A DNA stretch of 60,616 bases from assembly GCA_026415655.1 (NCBI GenBank), contig JAOAGR010000001.1, forward strand, positions 1 through 60,616, given 5' to 3'. Every line of letters starts with the position of its first letter. Position 1 is the first letter of the stretch. The notes below the pieces were generated by a model that was not told where the DNA came from, did not search any database, and saw only the letters and a list, made by a program, of their open reading frames with translations. Origin of the DNA: Candidatus Dojkabacteria bacterium. Its GTDB lineage: Bacteria; Patescibacteriota; Dojkabacteria; JAOAGR01. Positions 28,663 to 38,948 of the stretch are shown piece by piece. The position numbers and the translations under genes are program-made.

Positions 28663-30540
28663 TTAGCGACAGAATTTTTTCTCTAAATCATCAAATGGTA
28701 TTTCATAAATTATTGGTCTACCATGAGGGCAAGAATAAGGATTTTCACAAGATAATAATTTGTTTATTAAATCAATGATTTCTTCTTTTTTAAGCGGATC
28801 GCCAAATCTGATTGCAGTATGACAAGCCATTGTGGCAGCTATTTTTTTGATTGATTTTTCTAAGTCGAAGTTTTCATTAAATTGGCCTATGAGTTCTTTT
28901 ATAACTTTTTTATAGTTAAAAAACTTAGTACCTGCTGGTATGGCATTTATAATAATTTTATCTTTTCCTATTATTTCTATATCAAATCCTATCTGTTTAA
29001 AAATTGGCAAATTAGTTTCTATTATTTCAATTTCCTCTATTGTAAATTCAATTACTTCTGATACAAGTAGGTTTTGCTTGTCTAGATTTTTACTTTTCAA
29101 ATATCTGATAAAGTATTCAAAAAAGTATCTCTCTGATGCTGCATGTTGGTCAATGATAACAATACTCTTTTTTGTTGATAAAACTATATAACTATTATTT
29201 ATTTGGAATACATTTGACAAGTCGTAGTCATCAAATGTTTTTTCTAATCTTTTGTATTCTAAGTTTTGGATATCTAAATTTGTATCATCTGTTTTCGTAT
29301 CATTTTGGTATGTGTTTTCTTTGATTGTATCATAAATATTTTGGTTAAATTTAATCGCTTTATCAATTAAGAAACTACTTTTTATATTTGGTTTTGCTTT
29401 AGATTGATATTCTGAAACTGATGAAGTATTTTCAGGATTGTAATAATGTTTTTCCTCGTTTTTTAAGAATTCTTCAAATTCTTGAATAGTAAAGTCAGGG
29501 TTTTTAACTTGGATATAAGTATTTGTGTTTTCAGGTTTTATTTCTGCAATAGTGTCTTTTACAAAAGACTTTAGATGATTTTTCAAAATTGTAGATATTA
29601 TATCTTTAATTATATTAAATATCTTATTTTGATCAGAAAATCTTATCTCACTTTTGCGGGGATGGACGTTAAAGTCCACTTCAGCTGGATTGATCTCTAT
29701 GAAAAGTACAAATCCAGGATAAGTATTATTCATGAGAAATGTACCATATCCTACCTGTACAGCTTTGGGTATATTTTGGTCAAATATGGGTCGATGATTG
29801 ACAAAGAGATATTGTTTTTTTTTATCAAATATTTGTTTTTTAGGAAGTGTAGTATATCCAAAAATTTTTAGTTCATTATCATAATTTAATTCAAGCCAAT
29901 GTTGTTTTTCAATTTTTGTAACATCACAAATTCTATCAATCAATTCAGATTTGGGGTATATTTTAAGATGACGATCTATTTCTATTTCAAATCTGATGTT
30001 TGGATATGAAAGGACATAACTCAAAATAACTTGCCATATAGCGATATTTTCGGTCCTCGGAGATTTTAAAAATTTTTTTCTTGCAGGTATGTTTTCAAAG
30101 AGGTTTTTTACTTTTACTATGGTTCCTTTTGTGATGGATGTTGGTGATATAGTTATCTTTCCATCATAGTGTTTTATTAAACTACCGTTTGATTCTGATT
30201 GATGTCTTGTTAATATTTCGATGTCGGATACTGCAGCAATAGAAGCTAGCGCCTCACCTCGAAATCCCATTGTGTCGATTTTTTCTAAATCATCAATTGA
30301 AGAGATCTTGGATGTAGCATGTCTTAAAAATAGTTTGTCAAAGTCTTTAGAATGGATCCCATCACCGTTATCCTCAATTTGAATTAATTCAGTACCATAT
30401 TTTAATGCTTTTATTTTTATAATATCAGCTCCTGCATCTATTGCATTTTCTATCAATTCTTTGACTACAGAGGCTGGTCTTTCTACCACTTCACCAGCAG
30501 CTATCTTATTTATTACATCTTTTGAAAGTATATTAATCAT
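28663..30540 (-). CDS. mutL: DNA mismatch repair endonuclease MutL
   Basis: IAAGEVVERPASVVKELIENAIDAGA, GFRGEAL, NVHPRK, DQHAASER, ACH, CPHGRP. Confidence 0.98.
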   Translation of the reverse strand: MINILSKDVINKIAAGEVVERPASVVKELIENAIDAGADIIKIKALKYGTELIQIEDNGDGIHSKDFDKLFLRHATSKISSIDDLEKIDTMGFRGEALASIAAVSDIEILTRHQSESNGSLIKHYDGKITISPTSITKGTIVKVKNLFENIPARKKFLKSPRTENIAIWQVILSYVLSYPNIRFEIEIDRHLKIYPKSELIDRICDVTKIEKQHWLELNYDNELKIFGYTTLPKKQIFDKKKQYLFVNHRPIFDQNIPKAVQVGYGTFLMNNTYPGFVLFIEINPAEVDFNVHPRKSEIRFSDQNKIFNIIKDIISTILKNHLKSFVKDTIAEIKPENTNTYIQVKNPDFTIQEFEEFLKNEEKHYYNPENTSSVSEYQSKAKPNIKSSFLIDKAIKFNQNIYDTIKENTYQNDTKTDDTNLDIQNLEYKRLEKTFDDYDLSNVFQINNSYIVLSTKKSIVIIDQHAASERYFFEYFIRYLKSKNLDKQNLLVSEVIEFTIEEIEIIETNLPIFKQIGFDIEIIGKDKIIINAIPAGTKFFNYKKVIKELIGQFNENFDLEKSIKKIAATMACHTAIRFGDPLKKEEIIDLINKLLSCENPYSCPHGRPIIYEIPFDDLEKKFCR

Positions 30541-31357
30541 TTTGTAGTTTCGTTAATTCGATAAGATTATCAACTAATCCCCAAATTGTCATTGGGCCCA
30601 CCCCTCCTGGTACAGGAGTTATATTTTCTACTATATCTTTAACATTATCAAAATCAACATCACCACAAATCTTGCCATTTTCATCAAAGTTAATTCCAAC
30701 ATCTATCACTGTTTGACCTTTTCTAAAATATTTAGAAGTTAAAAATTTAGCTTTTCCAATGGCTGATATTACTATATCTGCATCTTTTGTAATTTCTTCC
30801 AAGTTATTTGTGTGTGAATGACATATAGTTACTGTGGCATTTTCTTTTAATAAAGCTATAGATAACGGTTTACCGACTAAATTACTTCTTCCGATGACAC
30901 AAACATGTTTACTAGTTAATTCAATTTTATAATATTTCAATAAATGAATAATTCCTTTTGGAGTGGCGGGATAAATTTTTGAATTATCCGTAAGAAATCT
31001 ACCAATACTGTAACTGTCTAAACAGTCAACATCCTTTTCAGGTATTATACGATCTAAAATTCTTTGTTTGTTGAGATGATCTGGTATAGGTAACTGAACT
31101 ATTATTCCATTTGTACTTTCATCAAAATTAAGTTTATTAATGATTTCAATTAATTCATGTTCTTTTATTTTAGTTGACAGGTTTATTAAATTGAAGCTGA
31201 ATCCTAATTTGGTCAGAAAAATTCTCTTAAATTTTAGATATTTTTTTGAAGATAGATTGTGCCCGATTTGTATGGCGGCTAGTGTTGGTTGAAGATTGAT
31301 ACCTTGGATAGATTTTTGTGTCAAAAATTTTTGGGCTTTTTTACCATCAAGAAGCAT
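30533..31357 (-). CDS. folD: Methylenetetrahydrofolate dehydrogenase/cyclohydrolase
   Basis: GIIVQLP, KDVD, GRSNLVGKP, ATVTICHS, IDVGIN, TPVPGGVGPMT. Confidence 0.97.
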   Translation of the reverse strand: MLLDGKKAQKFLTQKSIQGINLQPTLAAIQIGHNLSSKKYLKFKRIFLTKLGFSFNLINLSTKIKEHELIEIINKLNFDESTNGIIVQLPIPDHLNKQRILDRIIPEKDVDCLDSYSIGRFLTDNSKIYPATPKGIIHLLKYYKIELTSKHVCVIGRSNLVGKPLSIALLKENATVTICHSHTNNLEEITKDADIVISAIGKAKFLTSKYFRKGQTVIDVGINFDENGKICGDVDFDNVKDIVENITPVPGGVGPMTIWGLVDNLIELTKLQND

Positions 31358-31388
31358 AAAATTTATTTGGATTATATCATTGATGATT

Positions 31389-31586
31389 TTATTGACTGAT
31401 AATTGTTACAAAAGCTGCGGATATTATTGAAAGTGCTACTGCTGAAAGGATTATTATTGCTACTGTACGTATTAATAACTCTTTTAAATTTTTATTTAGT
31501 GATTTTTTATCAAAACTAAATATTTTTTTATTCTTAAAATAAACAGTTCTTTTATATATCTTTATTCCTAATTTCCTTTCCAACAT
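31389..31586 (-). CDS. Small protein with C-terminal TM helix
   Basis: 65-aa ORF co-oriented in the gap between neighbouring genes. Confidence 0.5.
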   Translation of the reverse strand: MLERKLGIKIYKRTVYFKNKKIFSFDKKSLNKNLKELLIRTVAIIILSAVALSIISAAFVTIISQ

Positions 31587-31601
31587 AAGTATTTGGTTAT
31601 T

Positions 31602-32216
31602 TTATTGGCATGATCCTATACCATCACCAAAAGTTACGTCAAAAACGATCTGTTGTTGACATAGTATATTTTGTTCAGGTCTACCGTTATTGCCTAAACC
31701 TAAGACACCCACAATAATAAAAGTAATAATAAAATAGCTAAATATGCCAACAAGTATATAAATTATTGAGTTAGTAATGCCCTGCCAACCTTTTTGTTTT
31801 TGCTCGGCGTTGTCGCTTGAGGTTGATATTAATATCGTAGATTTACCCAATCCAAAGGCTGAGACAGCACCTAAAACCATATAAATAAATGTAGTAATAC
31901 GAATAATAATTGTTTCTATAATGTTGGGGCCAAGGCATGAAAGATCATACTGTTTTTGAGATGGATTAGATACGTCTACTAGTACATTACCAGATAAGGT
32001 TAAAGAAGCTTTTTTATTTTCCAACGATGAAATATAACTTTTTACAATATCTGGACAATCAGAGTCCTGAACTAATTTAACAAATTGTGGGGTAATTTCA
32101 AAGAGCTTTTCTGAATCAGCATGTAATAAGTTAGTATATGTATTTATTAAGTAGAATATTATGAATATAAAGAATATAAATTTAACCATGATTTTCATAT
32201 CTATGAATTCTAACAT
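31602..32216 (-). CDS. CPR-type pilin-like protein (VirB2/TrbC-like helical hairpin)
   Basis: Signal-like N-terminus; TM-STSSDNAEQKQKGWQGITNSII-TM; paired Cys. Confidence 0.65.
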   Translation of the reverse strand: MLEFIDMKIMVKFIFFIFIIFYLINTYTNLLHADSEKLFEITPQFVKLVQDSDCPDIVKSYISSLENKKASLTLSGNVLVDVSNPSQKQYDLSCLGPNIIETIIIRITTFIYMVLGAVSAFGLGKSTILISTSSDNAEQKQKGWQGITNSIIYILVGIFSYFIITFIIVGVLGLGNNGRPEQNILCQQQIVFDVTFGDGIGSCQ

Positions 32217-32280
32217 TTACAGACCCAGATGTTAATACAATAGTGCTTGATTAAATATTTGATTTAAAATAAAATAAAAT

Positions 32281-33459
32281 ATGTTTCTGTTCATCAAAAA
32301 ATTTTTATTTTTCTTGGTAATAATTCTATCTTTAAGTGCAAATTTGGCATTTTCCTATTATATAAATCCTAGAACATATGCACAAACGGGTGAACCTCCA
32401 CCACCGCCTTCAGATATAGATCAAGTAGATCAATACGACGTGGTGTGTACTTATCAGAATTGTCCTTCTAATAAAATTTTTCCTTGTAGCGAGAACGTTC
32501 CAAATAGAGCTAATTATTTGTGCAGATGTCCAAAAAACAAGTGTCGTTTATCTATTTTACCATATCAAAATGACAGTGAGGCGAGGGGAAGGACTTTTGT
32601 GGCTGCTACCGTAGGCGGAATTCTTGCAGCAGTTGCAGTGGGTGTTGGTATAGTTGCGACTGGTGGGGTTGGTCTTATTCTGGGTACTTTAGGAATATTG
32701 GGTTCGGCTATAGTTGGAAGTGCTGCTGGTGCTACTGTAGGTGCTTGGACTTGGGGATTTTTCGATGATAGAATATCGGGAGTACCAACGGAATCGCTTT
32801 ACATATGCTTTGATGAGGGAACTAAGATAACACTTAAACTATTGGAATCTATAGATCAAAACAAATACGGCTTTTTTGCGGTGAAGAAGGGTGGTGTCCT
32901 TTACAATAATGAAAAAAAGACAGACGACGATCCTAATTTAGAATATGTTTTATCAACTAATTTCCGGAATGATTTTTCATCTCCTGTTGGTAATCTTGTA
33001 CCAGATGGATCCGAATGTAAACTGACATCAGATGGAAATCAAGCTTATTGGTCATTTAATGTATATAAGTTTTTGAGTGATACACAGGGAAGTGAGCAGA
33101 ATATACTGTTTAAGAATTCGACATTCTGTGAAAATCCTATACTTAGTTCTTATGATCTAAGAGGATTACCTGTGGATGGTACATTTACATTTTTTGGATG
33201 TTTACCAAATTCGATAAATGGTTTAACATCTTTTATAGTACGATTACTGGTTGGATTAAGTGTATTTATCAATTTATTGATTATTTTGATTAATGTTTCT
33301 TTTGTTCTTTCTGATCCGACGAATCCTGATTCTATTGGAGAATCACAGAAACGAATAATAAATTCAATTTTAATTTTGGGATCCATATTGTTTGGAATAT
33401 TCTTTTTGAGGATTTTTGGTATAATTCTTTTTGATCAAACGATTATATTGGGAGGATAA
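32281..33459 (+). CDS. Extended CPR-type pilin-like protein with Cys-rich region and glycine zipper
   Basis: Signal peptide (TYAQ); C-terminal FGCLP..TM-SDPTNPDSIGESQKRIINSI-TM; internal GxxxG-rich segment. Confidence 0.65.
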   Translation: MFLFIKKFLFFLVIILSLSANLAFSYYINPRTYAQTGEPPPPPSDIDQVDQYDVVCTYQNCPSNKIFPCSENVPNRANYLCRCPKNKCRLSILPYQNDSEARGRTFVAATVGGILAAVAVGVGIVATGGVGLILGTLGILGSAIVGSAAGATVGAWTWGFFDDRISGVPTESLYICFDEGTKITLKLLESIDQNKYGFFAVKKGGVLYNNEKKTDDDPNLEYVLSTNFRNDFSSPVGNLVPDGSECKLTSDGNQAYWSFNVYKFLSDTQGSEQNILFKNSTFCENPILSSYDLRGLPVDGTFTFFGCLPNSINGLTSFIVRLLVGLSVFINLLIILINVSFVLSDPTNPDSIGESQKRIINSILILGSILFGIFFLRIFGIILFDQTIILGG

Positions 33460-33465
33460 TCATAT

Positions 33466-36102
33466 ATGACAAAAATATTTTTTAAAAAAAAACTAAAGTA
33501 TATAAAAAATTCTAAATTTTTCAAACTCTTGTTTGTTCTCTTACCAGATAAAAAATTTTTTGTAAATACATTTAATTTGTTCTTAGCTTTTTTGATTTTT
33601 TTGATATTCTTTCTTATTTTTTATAGTACAGGTAGTACTCAACTAGCTAATGCCGAATCACCATTTGGCGATAAAATTGATAGTACGATGGATGGTGCCT
33701 TTTCTTATCTTACGGGATCATTCGGGGGACAAATGTTTAATTGTTATTACGCAAACACCCCGATAGGCAAAACAAGTGGAAATGATATTGATTGTGAGAC
33801 TGGAAATATAAATCCTAGTAATATACAAGCTATAATACAGGGAACATATGCAGGACCTCTATTATGGAAAGCAGATGCTGGTGCGATAGGACGTTTGGTA
33901 AATGCTACAAGAGCAGTTTCTACTGTGAGAGTTTTGAATCCTGGTGAAACAGCATTATATTATGCTAAACAAGCAAGAAACGAAGTTTATGCTCAATCTA
34001 TAGAGATACAATCTGGCCGAAACGTACTGGCACCTGTGTTTTTTCTTTATGAAACAACAAAAAATTTAGCATTGAGTATTATTGTGATTATTCTTACGGC
34101 AGGAGCTTTTAGCATATTAATATCAAATCTCACATTTTCAGAAAGTAAATTAAATATAGTACAGCTCTTTTTAAATACAGGTATCACTACCGTATTTATA
34201 CTTTTATACTACGAGATAGCAGCTATAATATATGACTTGACCGTTAATTATGGAAATGCGCTAGTTGCTGGAGTTTTAACTCCATATATAAATGCAAGGG
34301 CTGTCCTTGAAAGACTTCAACCGGGTGGTGACCTTAGTATTATGGCACTTTTTAGTACTATGTATTTTGTAGGCGTGAACGACGCCTTAATAGTTGTATT
34401 AAAATCAATTTCGTCATATTTTGAACCAGTTCTATACCAAACAGCACAAGCTACTCAATCTATACTTCCTGGTGCAACAGGATATGCACTAGGAGGAAGT
34501 GGGGTTGCCAATCTTATTTCAGCTACAGTTTCAAGTATGACAGGATTTGTTGTTGGCCTATTCATACCAGGTATAAAATATATTCTTTCAGCAAAACCTT
34601 TATTTGATACGATACTGGCTTTTATCATATTTTTTATGCAATTAAGAATATTTTTTACTCTTTTGTCCTCATTTGTTGGTTTTATATTAATGACGGGATT
34701 TGGACCCATAATGATAGTAAGTTCTGGTATAAATGAGGGTTGGGAAAATGGAATACTGCCTAAAATTAAAATGCTCATGGCTAATGGTTTAGTTTTTCCT
34801 GTAACCTTTTTCTTTATTTTGCTTGCCGCTATTACATTTAATATTCGTATGCCAGAGTCTATTATCGCTGATATGGGTGAAAACGTAAGAAAAGAACAGA
34901 TTTGTAGTTTTGATACAGCTATAAGTAATATAAATGGCGGAGCAGTCAATGAACAGGCTGATCGACTTTATTCAGACGCATATTATAGTCATAAGGTAGC
35001 TAATACTTTGAATCAAAATATATTTGATACTGTTCCTTCTTATCCTGGCTCTTGTAATACTTCTTTTGTAAGTCTCCCTTGGATGTATTTTCCCGCGCCT
35101 TTGGGTATTATTGGTCCACCATCAGAACAGCCATTGGTGGTAACTGGTTTAGTTATGACTTTTTTGGGCGTAGGATTCATAGTATTGGCTTCTCTTAGAT
35201 CATCACAGTTTGTATCAGAACTTTTGGATGTCAAGCCAGAGTTTCAATCTTTATCAGGTATAGTAGGTGATACGTTGAGAGTTGTTAAAGCAGTGCCTAC
35301 CGTAGCTACTATAACAGTACCGGTAACAGCTGGTCTAACTTCACTTGGCATTAGAGCTTTTATAGCCGGTGGCACATTTGTTGGAAAGCGTGGAATGGGA
35401 TGGTTATTTCGACTCTTGGATAACACTATTGGAAGACGTTTTACTTCTACATCTGGTGGATCTACAACACCACCATCCGGTACTGGACAGAATATCCGAC
35501 CGAGAGCAGGCTGGAGAGGTCCTGGTGATAGGCCACGGGTAGCTCCTCCTAGACGTGGTCAAGGAAGGCAAGCACAAAATTTACAACAAACACCTAATAA
35601 TCAAGCTAATAATAATAATAATCAAGCTGCAGCTAATAATCAGGCTCTCACAAGAGCAGAGAGAATATATATGGGATTACGACAATTACTTACAGGAAGT
35701 AGGAATATAGGAAGAGAGACATTAGCGGATTACTATGACGATTGGGTGAGACCGCGATCTACTGATTTAACTGGGGCCGAAGATTCAGCGACAGGTAGAC
35801 AATTGACCTATGAGGAATATGTTAATAGTTTGAGTAATAGAGTCGCTACAAGAGTAGGACGACAGGCGGGAGTCATAGGACCTAATCAGAAAACAACAAT
35901 TGCGGGTTTACCTCCTCATTTACAGAGTACTGCCTATCAACAGTTTGCAGAATCATTGCAGAGAGGAACACAAGGTATACAAAATCTTTCAAATGCTGCT
36001 ACGCAAGCAGCAAATGGTTTGAATACATTACTTAACCTCATAAATCAATTGGTTGGACGAACAGGTGAATTTTTAAAAATTATTGATACATTGGTAGGTT
36101 AA
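33466..36102 (+). CDS. Polytopic membrane protein, VirB6/TrbL-like, with long C-terminal tail
   Basis: Many TM helices including LMTGFGPIMIV..KMLMANGLVFPV; flanked by pilin genes and an M23 gene. Confidence 0.55.
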   Translation: MTKIFFKKKLKYIKNSKFFKLLFVLLPDKKFFVNTFNLFLAFLIFLIFFLIFYSTGSTQLANAESPFGDKIDSTMDGAFSYLTGSFGGQMFNCYYANTPIGKTSGNDIDCETGNINPSNIQAIIQGTYAGPLLWKADAGAIGRLVNATRAVSTVRVLNPGETALYYAKQARNEVYAQSIEIQSGRNVLAPVFFLYETTKNLALSIIVIILTAGAFSILISNLTFSESKLNIVQLFLNTGITTVFILLYYEIAAIIYDLTVNYGNALVAGVLTPYINARAVLERLQPGGDLSIMALFSTMYFVGVNDALIVVLKSISSYFEPVLYQTAQATQSILPGATGYALGGSGVANLISATVSSMTGFVVGLFIPGIKYILSAKPLFDTILAFIIFFMQLRIFFTLLSSFVGFILMTGFGPIMIVSSGINEGWENGILPKIKMLMANGLVFPVTFFFILLAAITFNIRMPESIIADMGENVRKEQICSFDTAISNINGGAVNEQADRLYSDAYYSHKVANTLNQNIFDTVPSYPGSCNTSFVSLPWMYFPAPLGIIGPPSEQPLVVTGLVMTFLGVGFIVLASLRSSQFVSELLDVKPEFQSLSGIVGDTLRVVKAVPTVATITVPVTAGLTSLGIRAFIAGGTFVGKRGMGWLFRLLDNTIGRRFTSTSGGSTTPPSGTGQNIRPRAGWRGPGDRPRVAPPRRGQGRQAQNLQQTPNNQANNNNNQAAANNQALTRAERIYMGLRQLLTGSRNIGRETLADYYDDWVRPRSTDLTGAEDSATGRQLTYEEYVNSLSNRVATRVGRQAGVIGPNQKTTIAGLPPHLQSTAYQQFAESLQRGTQGIQNLSNAATQAANGLNTLLNLINQLVGRTGEFLKIIDTLVG

Positions 36103-36113
36103 GCTTACTATTT

Positions 36114-38930
36114 ATGTTAATTTTAACAGCATTAGCAGGAATTTTACCAATTAGACATATATCTAGACATATACCTAGTTTTATTAATAGTTCTGATTCA
36201 GACAGAGGGAAAAATTCGTATCGAGGCACCGTTGTTGTTTCTTCAGATTATGATCGTCCAGCTATAAGTTTATCTAGAGTTGTTCAAGAGCTCGGTAAGG
36301 ATAGGACCCTGCAACGACCGAATAATGAATATAATAATGGTGAATATCAGTCTGATATTCTTACTAGATTAAATACTTTTTACAATGCTTCCAAGACGTA
36401 CAATACGTACAATAAGTATGAAAATTATTTAAAAGATCTTGGTAAATTTAATTATAGTGAGAAGGAAGGACAGAATAAGTTAAGAAAAAGTATAGTTGGA
36501 ATAAAATCAGACTCAACTAATAATAATGAAACAAAATATGAAAAAGAAGGCCATGATATAAATAGTATCCAATCGAGTATCCCTAATGAGAGATTAACAG
36601 TAGAAAAGAGAGAAAAAATAAAGAGAATTTTTTATTCATTACGAGGTATAAGTAGAGAGAAATCTAGCTCTGACTCGGGTACTAATAGTCGTATATCTAA
36701 TGAATCTTCTAGAGTTTCTGATTCTTCGTATAATGATGGAAAAATCAATATAGATCCTAATCCAAATGCGCGGAGATTCACACAAAGTAAATTTTCTGGT
36801 TCTGTCGATGGTCAGCAATTATATTCAAAGCCTAATTCAAGCTTTGATAATAAACAATTATTCCAACAAGGGGGTACGAATCTACGACCTTATGATAGTT
36901 TGGCATCAACACTTAATCAACCTGATATTTACAATAGAAAAAGTAGCGTATATGGTCAATTAGGTGTTGGATCATCGAAAAACAACAATGATAGACAAGG
37001 AGAACAAACAAGCCCTAATTATTCTAGTAAACATGATATTAATACTCTTTTAGACGATGAATATCTTGATTTAGGTAGAGAGAGACAAGCTAATGGAATA
37101 CTAGATTGGCCTGACATTATTAAACAGGAACAGCAAAAACAACAGACAGAAAATCAAGTAGAAGATGATGATAAAAAAGGTAAAGATAAAGATAAAGATA
37201 ATGATAATGATAATGACAATGATAATAAAGAATCAAATATTCAGAAAGAATTTAGTGATATTAAATCTCCAGAGAAAGTTCAGTCATATTCTCCCAATTT
37301 ATCAATAGAAAAAGATGAAAATAATTTTGTAAAAGAACAAAATAATGAAGCAGAAAAAGCAAAAGATATAAAAGAAAGTCTTAACAAAGCTACAGATCAA
37401 TTAACGAGTCTTAAAAATAAAACAAAATCAGTTCAAGATGCCGCAAAAGTGGCCACAAAGGCAGCCAAGACTGCGGGAGTAATCTCTCGAGCTGGTGCAG
37501 CTATTGCTGCTGCCTTTAGTAATCCTGTTACAGTGACAATAATAATTATTTTAATAATTTTATTGTTATTATTCTTGATATTAATTTCTATCAACACCCG
37601 TCCCGCCACAGAGACAGCAGCAAATGATGTAATAAGAAATTCTATGTCCAAACTCACGACGGGTAATCTCATTATTGTTACTTACCCCAAGGACGCATCG
37701 ACATCGTCTACATCGTATAACGCAGCGGGTGAAATACAGATTCAACCTAAGAGCACAGACGGTGGCAGAAATATTTATGAATTCAAGTTTGTTGCGAATT
37801 ATCAGATAGATTTAGAGAATTTTATAAACAAAATTTTTTATGGTGCTTCTGGGTTGATAGAACAATATCGAGTCTTAATAACGAAAATTCAGGAGAAGAT
37901 AACATTTAATAGCTCAAATGTTGAGATAAGAAGTATATCGTTTTTAGATGCGACAGGTACAAGACTATCTGCAAGTCCAAATTATACTATCGAAACTGAT
38001 GACGAAACTGGTCTTGCTTCGATTACTTGGAATGTTGAAAAATCCGGGTGGGATAGTTCCATTTCTTATCCGTGTAAAATGAACCAGAACTCTGAGAAAA
38101 AATGTACGGGTGACGTAAAATTTTCCATAGAGTATGTATTAAAAAATAACCCTAGTGAGCTGAAAAATCATATGTTCTCTGTTGTTCATGAGGTAACAGC
38201 AGATGTACGAATCATTAAAAATGCACAGGGAGCGCAAATATATAATTATTCTTTGCCATCAGTGTCATATACTCTTTGTCGTAATAGAGCTGGAGGCGTA
38301 TTTTTGTGTAGCATAGGTTCACCGGGATTAGAGGATGGGGAGGATCCCTGGGCGGGTGTTACCATAGAAGGAGTTAGAAATGAAGTAGTGTCGATCGGCG
38401 ATCTGACTTTGGCATGTCCACTGAATAATACGAATGATATAAGATGTACAGCAGGACGTAATTATCCAAAGAATCTAGATAACGCATATGCCGGTAAACC
38501 CCATAATGCTTTGGATTTAGTTCCTAACCCAGCAAATAAAACAGTATACATAGCATCAGAAGCACAACGCATCAAAATTAACAACACAAATCCAAAGTGT
38601 GGGGCTACAGTTATTTTATATAATGACAATCTTGCAATTTTATATGCACATGTGGACGGCGATGCCGTAGCAAGTACTTCTGCCTCTTTTAAAAATGCGA
38701 TGGATCAACAAAACAAAGTTGTCGAGATAAATGAGTTACAGGTTGGAGGTCCGATGGGTTGGTTAAAGGAAATAAATGGAAATACATATTTTTCTAATGG
38801 TACCTTGTGTGCAACTGGAACACACCTACACTTTACTATACTAAAAACTGATGGAACGCCTACAGAGGGTTTATATGATAAAGTGAACGAAGCGTGCGGT
38901 GGTAAAATATCCAGATGTCCTGATGAATAA
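36114..38930 (+). CDS. Large single-pass protein: low-complexity N-terminal half, TM, C-terminal M23 peptidase
   Basis: Ala-rich segment then TM (IIIILIILLLLFLILI); HNALD, LYAHV, ATGTHLHF in canonical order. Confidence 0.8.
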   Translation: MLILTALAGILPIRHISRHIPSFINSSDSDRGKNSYRGTVVVSSDYDRPAISLSRVVQELGKDRTLQRPNNEYNNGEYQSDILTRLNTFYNASKTYNTYNKYENYLKDLGKFNYSEKEGQNKLRKSIVGIKSDSTNNNETKYEKEGHDINSIQSSIPNERLTVEKREKIKRIFYSLRGISREKSSSDSGTNSRISNESSRVSDSSYNDGKINIDPNPNARRFTQSKFSGSVDGQQLYSKPNSSFDNKQLFQQGGTNLRPYDSLASTLNQPDIYNRKSSVYGQLGVGSSKNNNDRQGEQTSPNYSSKHDINTLLDDEYLDLGRERQANGILDWPDIIKQEQQKQQTENQVEDDDKKGKDKDKDNDNDNDNDNKESNIQKEFSDIKSPEKVQSYSPNLSIEKDENNFVKEQNNEAEKAKDIKESLNKATDQLTSLKNKTKSVQDAAKVATKAAKTAGVISRAGAAIAAAFSNPVTVTIIIILIILLLLFLILISINTRPATETAANDVIRNSMSKLTTGNLIIVTYPKDASTSSTSYNAAGEIQIQPKSTDGGRNIYEFKFVANYQIDLENFINKIFYGASGLIEQYRVLITKIQEKITFNSSNVEIRSISFLDATGTRLSASPNYTIETDDETGLASITWNVEKSGWDSSISYPCKMNQNSEKKCTGDVKFSIEYVLKNNPSELKNHMFSVVHEVTADVRIIKNAQGAQIYNYSLPSVSYTLCRNRAGGVFLCSIGSPGLEDGEDPWAGVTIEGVRNEVVSIGDLTLACPLNNTNDIRCTAGRNYPKNLDNAYAGKPHNALDLVPNPANKTVYIASEAQRIKINNTNPKCGATVILYNDNLAILYAHVDGDAVASTSASFKNAMDQQNKVVEINELQVGGPMGWLKEINGNTYFSNGTLCATGTHLHFTILKTDGTPTEGLYDKVNEACGGKISRCPDE

Positions 38931-38948
38931 TTTTGTTATCATTTATAT

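Noticed and set aside
35590-37230. AATAATCAAGCT and GATAAA/GATAAT microrepeats
   Set aside because: In-frame low-complexity coding sequence (NNQA, DK/DN), not independent elements
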